A stretch of DNA of 64,000 bases, taken from the NCBI RefSeq assembly GCF_032444005.1, contig NC_091286.1:235290001-235354000 (forward strand), read 5' to 3'. A program made the translations under genes and the position numbers. This DNA is from Ranitomeya imitator. Its lineage: Eukaryota. Under the pieces are notes generated by a model. It was given only the letters and a program-made list of their open reading frames with translations. It had not been told where the DNA came from and did no database searches. This document shows, one piece after another, positions 1 through 9,949 of this stretch. The number at the start of each line of letters is the position of its first letter. The stretch's first letter is position 1.

Positions 1-1096
1 AACAGGTTGGAACCTGTTCACAAAGGAGGTGAAGGTAAGGAAGCAAACAGGAAGGAATGAAGTATGAAGGAGCAGGTAGGGACCTTTTCACACAGGAAGA
101 GAAGTGCAAGGCTGCAAGGGAGCAACAAGAGATAGCGCAGCAACAAAAGCTAAGAGCGGAACCGCAAGGAATGCAGAGAGGAGCTGCAGCAAGAGATTAC
201 TGCAGCAGCAAAAGCTAAGCAGAGCGGAACCACAAGGATTCGGAGAGGAGCTGCAGCAAGAGATTACTGCAGCAGCAAAAGCTAAGCAGAGCGGAACCAC
301 AAGGATTCGGAGAGGAGCTGCAGCAAGAGATTACTGCAGCAGCAGAAGCTAAGCAGAGCGGAACCACAAAGAATGCGGAAAGGAGCTGCAGCAAGAGATT
401 ACTGCAGCAGCAGAGCAGAGTAGAACGGAGCAGAGGCAAAGCTGAAAGAGAGCAGAGCCCAAGCAAAGTCACAAGGGTTCAGAGCAGGCAGAGCCACAAG
501 AGTGCGGAGCATAAGCAGACTGAGAACACAAGGAAAGACACAGCAGGGAAGGAAGCCACAGACAAGGAGACAGGAGATAGGACTAAGTTCAGACAAGGTA
601 GTGGAACAAGACAAGGTACAAGAACAAAGACACAGGGACCAGGATCTTCTGTCTCCTGGAGGGCGGACAAACCTAAACAAGGCAAAGCAAGGACACAGAG
701 ACCAGGATATACAGCCTCCTGGAGGGCAGACCAACAAGAACTAAGAGTAGAGCCTCCAGAGATGAAGGAACACAGAGCAAGGCCTGGCAACCGAGAAGCT
801 AAACACAAACTGAGCTAACACAATGCACAGGCCCAGTCCGCTGGGTGGAGCTGCACTAAATACTGGAGTCCTCTTGGTAATTGGTCAGGAACAGATTAGA
901 CAGGTGCACCTGATTCCTATAAGAACCAGAGAGTTCAGGTGCCGCCCCCCTATCCACACAGCCAGGAAGCATGCAGAGAGCAGAGGCACAGAATATGGAG
1001 CTGGCAAGAAACAGAAACCACATCATGACCTGGAGCAATGGGTAAGATAGTGTGTGAGATGAGAGGCCATGCTGTGATGCAAACAGAGTTGTTACA
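1..1096 (-). mobile_element. Probable LTR / 5' segment of an LTR retrotransposon, cut by the window edge
   Basis: Minus strand begins TGTAAC at 1096 and contains CCAAT- and TATA-like (TATTTAG) motifs; purine-rich plus strand resembles the other LTRs in the window; no partner LTR is visible. Confidence 0.45.
115..415. repeat. ~67-bp tandem repeat, about 4.5 units
   Basis: GAGCTGCAGCAAGAGATTACTGCAGCAGC recurs at 181, 248, 315 and 383. Confidence 0.9.
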
Positions 1097-1219
1097 CACA
1101 CTAAGGAAAAAAACGTGTATAACAAAACATGTAATTTGCAATAATTTTCTGGGAGAAATACTTCATTTTCTGAAACAATGTCATGGGTTCCCACACTTTC
1201 GTGTGTGTTTTATATTTAC

Positions 1220-2440
1220 ACTACTCACAAAAGTTAGTCATATGTACGGTAACTTTCAGGCAATTTATGAAAAGCATAAAAAGTTTACGCTGCAGTAATA
1301 TTTTAGCATGAAAGTGGGGCATTTATGTAGAAGCATTCAATGGTGATTTCCTTATCTCCAACGATTTATGGAAACAAAAGCCAACGGTGGTGGGTATGCC
1401 ACAGCAAAAAATGTCAATGTCTCAATAACTTGTCATGTGGCCTTTAGAAACAATTACAGCTTGACCCATGCTGTTCACAAGTTGTTGTCTGCTGACACAT
1501 GGCATCCCGGTCTTTTTGAAGGGCGGTCTCAGGTCAGTGAGGTTCTGGGGTGCAGAGTTATGAACCTCTACCTGGTAACTCTGTTGATTATCATAGGTTT
1601 TCTATGGGACTCAGATCTGGGGAAAGTACAGGCCACTCCATTTGAGGTACCCCAGTCTCCAGCAGCCGATCCCTAATGATGCAACTTTGATGAGCATGGA
1701 GCATTGTTGTCCATGAAGATGAAATTAGGTCTGTGTTGTTCATGCAGAGGCCCAATGACTGTTCGGATAACATCATTAATCCAAGTAGTAGGGGCTTGTA
1801 CCATACACAAAGTGTAGGGCAGTTCTGTATTGTCTACACACTTGCCCACACTGTAACACCACCACCATAGACTTGTTTGGTTCCAACAGTGGCTGATGCA
1901 TAGTGCTCTCCTTGATGTGTCCCAAAATCAATGGCGCCGGTCACTTCTGCTGAGCAGGTATTGATTTTCATTAGTGAACAGCACTGAGGCCCACAGGTCC
2001 ATCGTCCATCGCCCAGCGTCGATGCAAGACGATGATGCCTCTTCCTATTGGTGTGGTCAGGAACTTTTGTCATCTAGCACGAAGACTACACTGATGTAAA
2101 TGATTTTGAATGGTCTGATGTGACACTTTGGTGACTCTCACCTCCTTTAAATGCGCCTGGAGTTGTGTAGCATTCATCATCCGGTTCCAAAGGGCATTGA
2201 TCAAAATGAAGCAGTAATCCGTGTGAGATGTGGCCAGAGTATATCCACTTCTCTGCCTTTCTGTTACTTTTCCAATCTCTCTGTATCTGTGTTGCAACCT
2301 GCTGATGACTCTGACACACTTAGCTCAGTGGTCACTTCTGTCTGAGAATATCCTGCTTGAAGCCTTGCAATGGCGAGGTACTGTTCATAAATTTTTAGGC
2401 ATCATAATGGTCTCATGATGTTAAAATGTGAGCAGCATGA
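1220..2440 (-). mobile_element. Degenerate Tc1-like DNA transposon
   Basis: TA|CACTACTCACAAAAG terminus at 1220; minus-strand fragments with Tc1 motifs (SPDLSPIE, YGGGVTVW, ATQLQAHL); multiple stops and frameshifts. Confidence 0.8.
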
Positions 2441-2449
2441 TGTGGCGGA

Positions 2450-2645
2450 CTATATTATCATTTATTATAGCGCCATTTATTCCATGGCGCCTTTCATGTG
2501 AAAAGGGGTATATATAATAAAAACAAGTACAATAATCTTAAACAATACAAGTCACCAACTGGAACAGGAAGAGAGCGGACCCTGCCCGCGGGGGCTCAGT
2601 CTACAAGGGATGGGTGAGGATACAGTAGGTGAGGGGAGACAGGAC
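2450..2645 (-). mobile_element. 3' tail fragment of an L2-type LINE/SINE
   Basis: TTTATTATAGCGCCATTTATTCCATGGCGC motif next to an (AAT)n-like tail; a similar tail lies at ~53535-53610. Confidence 0.5.
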
Positions 2646-3146
2646 ATATATAGATAGATATATAATCAGGGCTGGCTTTAGACAAAGTAGGACCCTGCAC
2701 GAAAGTTTAAAATGGGGCCCTAAATGGTGGAAAATTGCACCATTGCAAACAAAAATTTAGGCTGCATTTACATGCGCTGAATTCAGATAGTTAAATGAGC
2801 GTGATCGACAATATTGAAGTTCAGCGCTTTTTTTTTGCCAACCTCTTTACACAGGATGAGGAAGTGAGGAAGAATGATGGGCACAGAACAATCAGGAGTA
2901 GATCAATTTCTTCCCATACAGTATCATTTTATCAGTAGCAAATCTGCAGTTTTCACCTGGCGATGTACTGCTGAGAACAATGATTTTTGTTCCACCATAA
3001 GCAATCCAATCACTCAATGAATGAGCAGCATTTTGCTCATTGTTTGTTTGATTACTGACATTCTTACACCTATGAACTCTCGTCTATGCTGCCAAGATTT
3101 ATAAATGTGGATGCTACATGCACACTGCATGTTACGTATACACTGC

Positions 3147-3198
<52 letters not shown>
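3147..3198. repeat. (TA)n microsatellite
   Basis: Direct reading of the sequence. Confidence 0.95.
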
Positions 3199-3202
<4 letters not shown>

Positions 3203-4235
3203 TTTTTCTATTTAAGTGGTGTAATTCTTTTTTGAAATTTGTAAAATAAAAAAGTAAATAAAAAATGTTGCTTTGGTCACCATTTTCCAAGACACGTAAT
3301 GTTTTAATTTTCGTGCTATGGAGGTGTGTCAGGGCTTATTTTTGCACCTTGAGCTGCCATTTTTACTGATATTATTTGGGGTAGATACAATATTTTGATC
3401 GCCTCTTGCTGCATTTTATTGCAATATCGTGGAGACCAAAAAAACGTAATTCTGGCGTTTTTTTCTCATTACGCAATTTATTGATCAGATAAATTTATTT
3501 TATATTTTGATAGATCAGACTCTTACGAATGCAGCAATACCAAATATGTGTATTTTTTAATATATATTTTTTTTATTGTTTTAATGCAATTATAAGTGTA
3601 CTTTCGCAGTAGAGGCTGTGGGCCCCCAAGGTTCATTCAGCTTCCTGGATATTAATGTTAATAATTTTTATAGTGCTCTTAATTCCAAGTCATGGCACAT
3701 ACAAAAACAGGGTTTACAGTACAGAAAAAGTATAGCTAAACATGGCTAACGCACGTGTTCAATAAGAGTGAAGATCCTGCCTATCTTGACTGCTGCTAAC
3801 ACTACTGTGCTTATAAAGTGGTCTGTCTGGGTGAGTCAAAAATTATTTGCACTTTGGCTGTAGAATTTATGTTAATCACTTTCAGAAAAGGCAAATACAA
3901 CAATTTTCAACATAACTGCCAAGTTTTTCAATAGCCTTTGTTTATGTACCAACAAGCTTTTGTAATCTTTTATTAAAAAATATTTGGGGCTGAGCTGTGA
4001 TTGGCGAATGCACTGCTACGTTCACCGCTTCATCAGACCTGAATTTTTGTTCTCGTAGGGATGCTTTCAGGGTGCATAATCCACCTTCACTCATCTATCC
4101 AACAGAATCGGTTCACGTGCACACTCATTGTTATCTGTCGTGGACAGGGGTCTAGCTTGTTCTTCATGACGGATACATGTGCTACTTTCCTTGAACTTCT
4201 CTCCATTTAAGTGACAAAACACTTTTTATTCAGTC

Positions 4236-4331
4236 GCCATGACAGCACAACGAGAGAGGGGATCCGCCCTTCCGGGACAGGAAACCTCAGACATAAAAAG
4301 GGCGGCACCTCGCTCCCCCGCCAGTTGGTTT
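4236..4331 (+). repeat. DIRS left ITR (96 bp)
   Basis: Exact reverse complement of 9624-9719. Confidence 0.95.
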
Positions 4332-4539
4332 CCTGTCCCTGACAGTGGAACCTCTTCAGACAGGCCCAGAGAAGAGGGTCGAAGATAGAAGTTATCCCAC
4401 TCCTGACAGGCCGATGCAGGTAGCGGGGGTCCCCTACCTCGGCCTGATCAGGAGGATGGAAGCACCACACGGCAGGGGGACTGTCTGTGTAGGTGACAGC
4501 AGGAGGAAGCAGCCCTAAGAGGGGGGTTGGCTTCTGGGG

Positions 4540-4800
4540 TGCCGCTATTTACCTGGAACGTAAGGCCCCATGGTGCGCATCTGCTGGAGCCTCCGAGGTC
4601 GGTCCGCTGCTGGCGCTGGGGTCTGCGATGGCTGGGGAGCGCTGCCGTCCTTGTTCGGCGCGTCTGCTCTCAGCGCCGCGGCCGCGTCCGGAAGGGGCGT
4701 GTCCTGATGACGCGGCGTGCGGCGCGGGGCGATGCCGCGCATGCGCGGTGGCGCCTTATTCCGGCTAATGGCGGCGCCCGGTGTCGGAGGTGGGATTTTG
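4540..4800 (+). promoter_or_regulatory. CpG-rich putative internal promoter of the DIRS element
   Basis: Very high CpG density; palindromic NRF1-type motif CGCGCATGCGCG at 4736-4747; located between the left ITR and gag. Confidence 0.45.
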
Positions 4801-5245
4801 GCCTTGGGGTCCGGCGCTCTGAGGAAGCGGGGCAGTACCAATCAGCGGTGCACCGAGGAATGGCCCTGCTGACCCCCATCCGGGGGTGGTACCCAGGGGG
4901 ATGGATTTAAGCGCTGCACTGAGGCCTCAACATTGTTCCTGTCCACCATTTCTGGAATGGAGTCTCTGGAAGGAACACCGCAGCTGGGCGGTGAGCAGCA
5001 GCAGTCACCTGAACAACCTTTGAGCAGCTCCCAGCGGCGTTCTAGTGGCAGTAGTCGCGCTGGTAGAGCCAAAGAGGCTCAGAAATCAACTAAGTCCTCA
5101 GGCCGTAAGGAATCTCCGGCTAAGAAGGACCCCCCGATTACGGTACCATTCGCTGCAGGGATGGGTAAGTGAGCTTCGTGAAAGTACGTTTTCAGATAGC
5201 TGTCCCTCCTTGTATTCCCTCTCTCCTTATTAGGGGAGGAAATCT

Positions 5246-6472
5246 GTGTCCAAATCCAAACATAGGGAGTTTGCTATCTGTACGGAGCCGCTTCCAGATG
5301 GACATAAAAAGAAATTGTGCAGCATCTGCATTCAACAGTTAATTGAGGACGAGGCCCCTGACCTTACGTCTACTCTTAGGGATTTGGTTAGACAGGAGGT
5401 CAGAGATTCCATGAGGTCTCAGAAGACAGTTTCAAAAAAGAGGAAGGAGATATTATCCCCAGCCTCGGATGTGGATTCAGACACAGGTGGTATGAGCTCG
5501 GATTCTCATCCGTCATCATCATCAGAGGATGTGGAATCTAGTCGAACCTGTCTATCACTGGATAAGGTTAACCGCTTAGTCAAAGCTGTCAACAACACTA
5601 TGGGCATTGAGGAGACCCAGGCGGAATGTTCCATACAGGACATAATGTTTAAAGGCATAGATCGCAAATCCAGAAGAGTGTTTCCGGTAGTTGATAAAGT
5701 TAAGTCACTGATTACGAGGGAATGGAAGAAACCCAAAAGGAAGGGGTCACTCCCACCAGCGTTCAAAAGAAGGTATCCCTTTGAGGAAGAGGCTTCTTCC
5801 TCCTGGGACAAGGTCCCGAAACTGGATGCGGCGGTGGCCAAAGCATGTAAAAAGACATCTCTCCCATTTGAGGATCTGGGAAGCCTAAAAGACTCGCTTG
5901 ATAGGAAAGCTGAGGTATTCCTTAAAGGAGCTTGGGAAACATCAGCAGGTTCCCTGAGGCCGGCGATTGCGGCCACCTGCACTGCCCGGTCGTTGATGGT
6001 ATGGCTGGGTAATCTAGAAGACCAGCTCAAGGACAAGGTTCCTAGGAGCGAGATCCTATCATCTATGTCTATGATTCAGGATGCAGCAGCTTTCCTTTCG
6101 GATGCGTTAGCCGATTCCGTTAGGCTAGCTGCAAGGTCATCAGCACTGTCCAATGCGGCCCGTAGAGCTCTTTGGATAAAATGCTGGCCAGGAGACTTAC
6201 AGGCCAGATCGAAACTATGTGGCATCCCCTGTGAGGGGGTTCATTTGTTTGGCCCAGTCCTGGATGAGCTTCTAGAAAAAGCAGGTGACAATAAAAAGCG
6301 ATTCCCTCTTCTAACAAGACCCTTCTATAGACGGGAATACAACAGAGGAGGGCCGTATCGTCGAAGATCGGACAGAGATTCAAATAGAGATTCGACCAGA
6401 TATAACTCTTACAGAAGAAGAGGTAGAGGTTTTATGTTTAACTCTCCTAGAGACTCTAAAAAGCCTCAATGA
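5246..6472 (+). CDS. DIRS ORF1 gag-like protein (true start probably upstream, via splicing)
   Basis: 408-codon open frame; N-terminal FAIC..LCSIC zinc-knuckle-like motif; WDKVPKLDAAVA, DRKAE, ARRALW and LFGPVLD are typical of vertebrate DIRS gag; the listed start is GTG, not ATG. Confidence 0.85.
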   Translation: MSKSKHREFAICTEPLPDGHKKKLCSICIQQLIEDEAPDLTSTLRDLVRQEVRDSMRSQKTVSKKRKEILSPASDVDSDTGGMSSDSHPSSSSEDVESSRTCLSLDKVNRLVKAVNNTMGIEETQAECSIQDIMFKGIDRKSRRVFPVVDKVKSLITREWKKPKRKGSLPPAFKRRYPFEEEASSSWDKVPKLDAAVAKACKKTSLPFEDLGSLKDSLDRKAEVFLKGAWETSAGSLRPAIAATCTARSLMVWLGNLEDQLKDKVPRSEILSSMSMIQDAAAFLSDALADSVRLAARSSALSNAARRALWIKCWPGDLQARSKLCGIPCEGVHLFGPVLDELLEKAGDNKKRFPLLTRPFYRREYNRGGPYRRRSDRDSNRDSTRYNSYRRRGRGFMFNSPRDSKKPQ

Positions 6473-6484
6473 CTGGCGGACCAG

Positions 6485-8368
6485 GTGGGCGGTAGGCTGT
6501 TGGCCTTCTACCCAGCCTGGTTGAAAATCACCAATAGTCCATGGATACTCAGTATCATTAAAGAGGGGTTAAAGTTCCAATTCCACCATACCCCCCAGGA
6601 CAAATTTAAATTAACCCCTATCCGTTCTTCTCCCGCAGAACAATTGGCGTTGGAGTCAGAGGTTCGAGATCTCCAAAAAAAGGGGGTTCTCGTTAAAGTA
6701 CCTATGGAGGAACAAGGTACAGGGTTTTACTCCCCTTTATTCCTGATAAAGAAGCCAGATGGATCATATCGTACCATCATCAATCTGAAGGGCCTGAATG
6801 TATTCCTGCTGGTCCCATCCTTTAAGATGGAATCTGTGAAGTCGGCAATAAAGCTCCTTTTTCACAATTGCTTCATGGTTGTCTTAGATCTGAAAGACGC
6901 CTATTACCATGTCCCGATACATGCAACTCATCAGCGCTTTCTCAGGGTGGCGGTTTCCCTTGCCGCCACAGTAGAACACTTTCAATATCGGGCACTCCCC
7001 TTTGGTGTTGCGGTCGCACCTCGGGTTTTCACTAAGATTATGGTAGAGGTTATGGCACACCTTCATGAGCAAAACATACTAATAATTCCCTACCTGGATG
7101 ATTTATTGATCGTGGGGCGTTCAGAGGTACACTGTAAAGATCAGTTGGAGAAAGTGATAGCAGCATTACACAACTTAGGATGGATTATCAATCTCAAAAA
7201 GTCGCGTCTTCAGCCCTCAACGTCACAGCAGTTTTTGGGTCTTACTGTGGATTCGAGTCAGCAGGAATGTCGCCTGCCAGACTCAAAAGTTGATTCTATT
7301 CGTCGGCTGGCCTCCAAAGCAATTAATAATCCAGTAGTCTCCTTAAGAAATGCTATGTCACTCTTAGGTTCACTTACTTCTTGTTTTCCGGCGGTGATGT
7401 GGGCACAGTTTCACTCCAGGCCTCTGCAATGGGATATTCTGCATAATTTTAGGCGGCTGGGCGCTAACCTTGATAAAAAAATTTCCCTATCTGTAGAAGC
7501 CACGGGTTCCCTAAGTTGGTGGACGCACATCCCTAATCTACGTAGAGGTGTACCTTGGACAAATCAGATAACACGAGTGATAACAACTGATGCTAGCCCC
7601 ACGGGTTGGGGGGCACACTGGGAAGACAATTACATTCAGGGTCTGTGGTCCCAATCTGAGCGAGACACGTCCTCCAATCTGAAGGAATTGATGGCGGTAG
7701 AACGCGCCTTAGATAGGTTCCTTGTACCTCTGCAGGGTAGACATGTTAGACTACTCTCTGACAACCAGGTGACCGTTGCTTATGTGAACCACCAAGGAGG
7801 TACACGATCTAGGTCATTAATGAACGTTACAAATCATATTTTTCAGATGGCCGAAAATCACCTGCTCTCCCTTACGGCCCTTCATATAAAGGGAAATCTA
7901 AATACCATGGCCGATTATTTAAGCCGCAACGAGCTCAAACAAGGGGACTGGTCTCTAAAACCGGCTGTCTTCAATCAGATCGTACGGTTATGGGGATGTC
8001 CAGAGATAGATCTGTTTGCCAGTCGGGGAAACAAGAAACTTCATCAATTCTGTTCCCTAGATCCAAGGGACAACCCGTATGCAATCGACGCTCTCCTGAT
8101 CTCCTGGAACTTCAGTCTCGCCTATGCTTTTCCCCCTCTGAATCTGATTCCTATAGTTCTGAGGAAAATTCGGGAAGACAGGGCCCGAGTGATATTAATA
8201 GCCCCGTTCTGGCCCAGAAGGTCATGGTTCCCATGGCTGAGAAGCATGTCCATTTCCCAGCCATGGATCCTCCCAGAAGTTCCAGACCTCCTCTCCCAGG
8301 GTCCAGTTCTACATCCACGAGTATCCAACTTGCACCTGACAGCGTGGAATTTGAGAGGTCACTTCTGA
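6485..8368 (+). CDS. DIRS ORF2: reverse transcriptase, RNase H and methyltransferase-like domain
   Basis: 627 uninterrupted codons (frame open from 6473): FYSPLFLIKK, LDLKDAYYH, LPFG, YLDD (RT); TDAS..GWGAH, SDN, HIKG..N..AD (RNase H); IDLFAS, YAFPP, APFWP (dam-like MT). Confidence 0.95.
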   Translation: MGGRLLAFYPAWLKITNSPWILSIIKEGLKFQFHHTPQDKFKLTPIRSSPAEQLALESEVRDLQKKGVLVKVPMEEQGTGFYSPLFLIKKPDGSYRTIINLKGLNVFLLVPSFKMESVKSAIKLLFHNCFMVVLDLKDAYYHVPIHATHQRFLRVAVSLAATVEHFQYRALPFGVAVAPRVFTKIMVEVMAHLHEQNILIIPYLDDLLIVGRSEVHCKDQLEKVIAALHNLGWIINLKKSRLQPSTSQQFLGLTVDSSQQECRLPDSKVDSIRRLASKAINNPVVSLRNAMSLLGSLTSCFPAVMWAQFHSRPLQWDILHNFRRLGANLDKKISLSVEATGSLSWWTHIPNLRRGVPWTNQITRVITTDASPTGWGAHWEDNYIQGLWSQSERDTSSNLKELMAVERALDRFLVPLQGRHVRLLSDNQVTVAYVNHQGGTRSRSLMNVTNHIFQMAENHLLSLTALHIKGNLNTMADYLSRNELKQGDWSLKPAVFNQIVRLWGCPEIDLFASRGNKKLHQFCSLDPRDNPYAIDALLISWNFSLAYAFPPLNLIPIVLRKIREDRARVILIAPFWPRRSWFPWLRSMSISQPWILPEVPDLLSQGPVLHPRVSNLHLTAWNLRGHF

Positions 8369-9378
8369 AAGGGAAGGGATTCTCTCAAAATCTTGTAAAT
8401 ACTCTGCTCAAAAGTAGGAAAGCCTCCATGACTAGCATTTATGTTAGGGTATGGAGGAAGTTCCTATCAAGTTCAGGAGCACAAATCGAGAAAAAACCTG
8501 ATATTGCTCAAGTCTTAGAATTTTTACAGAAGGGCCTAGAGTTAGGCTTAGCCACCAGCACCCTTAGAGTTCAGGTTTCAGCTCTAGGGGCACTGTATAA
8601 TTCCAACCTAGCCAGTAATCACTGGATAACAAGGTTTTTCAAAGCGGTCACCAGATCCAGGCCGGTTGTTAAACAAAAGATAGTTCCATGGGATCTAAAT
8701 CTTGTGCTCTCGGCTCTAACACAAGCTCCGTTCGAGCCTATTGATTCTGTTCCAATCAAGATCCTGTCGGTCAAGACAGCCCTCTTAGTTGCTCTTACAT
8801 CGGCAAGAAGGGTTAGTGATCTTCAGGCATTGTCCAGACAACGTCCATATATGCAAATTATGGAAGATAGAGTGGTGATGAGGCCTGACCCTCTTTATCT
8901 TCCAAAGGTTGCGTCAAAATTTCATAGGTCCCAGGAGGTGGTCCTACCTTTATTTTGTTCTAATCCCTCTAACGATAAGGAGCAGAGATTTCATTGTTTG
9001 GACGTACGTAGGTGCCTTCTCAAATACATTTCAGTAACAGACACCTGGAAAAAAGACCACTCTTTATTTTTATCCTACCAGGGGGTTAGGAAGGGACTTA
9101 GAGTATCAAAAAATACGCTAGCCAGATGGATTAGGGAGGCGATATCTCTTGCTTATACCGCAGGTGGCGTGGAAATTCCAGAAGGTATAAAGGCTCACTC
9201 CACTCGTGCGGTAGCCACATCCTGGGCTGAGAGAGCAGAAGTATCGATTGAGGACATCTGTAAGGCGGCCACATGGTCTTCTCCATCCACCTTTCTTAGA
9301 CACTATAGATTAGATCTAGGTGGCTCCTCCGACCTCACGTTTGGGAGAAGGGTGCTGGAGGCAGTGGTCCCTCCCTAG
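7990..9378 (+). CDS. DIRS ORF3 tyrosine recombinase (overlaps ORF2; real start uncertain)
   Basis: Catalytic signature R (TSARRVSDL), HxxR (HSTRA), W (ATWSS) and Y (FLRHY); no stops. Confidence 0.93.
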   Translation: MGMSRDRSVCQSGKQETSSILFPRSKGQPVCNRRSPDLLELQSRLCFSPSESDSYSSEENSGRQGPSDINSPVLAQKVMVPMAEKHVHFPAMDPPRSSRPPLPGSSSTSTSIQLAPDSVEFERSLLKGKGFSQNLVNTLLKSRKASMTSIYVRVWRKFLSSSGAQIEKKPDIAQVLEFLQKGLELGLATSTLRVQVSALGALYNSNLASNHWITRFFKAVTRSRPVVKQKIVPWDLNLVLSALTQAPFEPIDSVPIKILSVKTALLVALTSARRVSDLQALSRQRPYMQIMEDRVVMRPDPLYLPKVASKFHRSQEVVLPLFCSNPSNDKEQRFHCLDVRRCLLKYISVTDTWKKDHSLFLSYQGVRKGLRVSKNTLARWIREAISLAYTAGGVEIPEGIKAHSTRAVATSWAERAEVSIEDICKAATWSSPSTFLRHYRLDLGGSSDLTFGRRVLEAVVPP

Positions 9379-9400
9379 TCACTTTTCACTTCTCTGAAAG

Positions 9401-9485
9401 TCTCTCGTTGTGCTGTCATGGCGACTGAATAAATACGTACGCTACTCACCTGGTAGCAGTGTTTTTTCAGGAGCCATGACAGCAC
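9401..9485 (+). other. DIRS internal complementary region (ICR)
   Basis: 9401-9433 is the reverse complement of the left terminus and 9431-9485 the reverse complement of the right terminus; they join at AAA, as in the circular junction. Confidence 0.95.
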
Positions 9486-9623
9486 CCTTATATTCCCTAC
9501 CCTCTTTGCTTATGGGTTCAACACTTCCTTTAGAAAATTCCTAAGTTTATTCACTGGGTGAATTGTACCATATATTAATATTGTTTATGTGCTACTAACC
9601 TAGAAGGTCCTTTCATACTCTGT

Positions 9624-9761
9624 AAACCAACTGGCGGGGGAGCGAGGTGCCGCCCTTTTTATGTCTGAGGTTTCCTGTCCCGGAAGGGCGGATCCCCTCT
9701 CTCGTTGTGCTGTCATGGCTCCTGAAAAAACACTGCTACCAGGTGAGTAGCGTACGTATTT
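9624..9761 (+). repeat. DIRS right ITR (9624-9719) plus right extension
   Basis: Reverse complement of the left ITR followed by TCCTGAAAAAACACTGCTACCAGGTGAGTAGCGTACGTATTT. Confidence 0.95.
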
Positions 9762-9949
9762 CTCCATACTGCGCGCAAAGTCTTCTATAAATATCAGCTC
9801 CAGACTCTTAGACCACAAAACAAACTCATATCATTGCTCGCTGCTCTTCTGTCTTGCAAACCACAAATGGGGCAGCCATTGTTTTTTTGCACTGCAGTCA
9901 CAAATGAACTAACATAACCCGTTCAAGCCTGTACAACAAGGAATGGTAA

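Larger units (their letters stand above)
4225..9761 (+). mobile_element. Full-length DIRS1-type tyrosine-recombinase retrotransposon
   Basis: ITRs 4236-4331 and 9624-9719 are exact reverse complements; ICR at 9401-9485; TTT at both termini; gag, RT-RH-MT and YR ORFs in canonical order. Confidence 0.97.
3880..9900 (-). pseudogene. Mariner-type transposase remnant with an internal deletion, split by the DIRS insertion (pieces 9762-9900 and 3880-4224)
   Basis: Minus strand reads MAAPFVVCKTEEQRAMI..GADIYRRLCAQYGE across the DIRS junction into EKFKESSTCIRHEEQARPLSTTDNN..ILLDR, then LKASLREQKFRSDEAVNVAVH..KLGSYVEN; these match mariner N- and C-terminal patterns. Confidence 0.75.

Noticed and set aside
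4020-4045. CTGATGA on the minus strand as a hammerhead core
   Set aside because: No stem II or GAAA follows; it is mariner coding sequence (RSDEAV)
4493-5072. Several 70-130-aa ORFs in the DIRS leader
   Set aside because: Expected in GC-rich sequence; only the ATG frame from 4957 was kept as a possible gag exon
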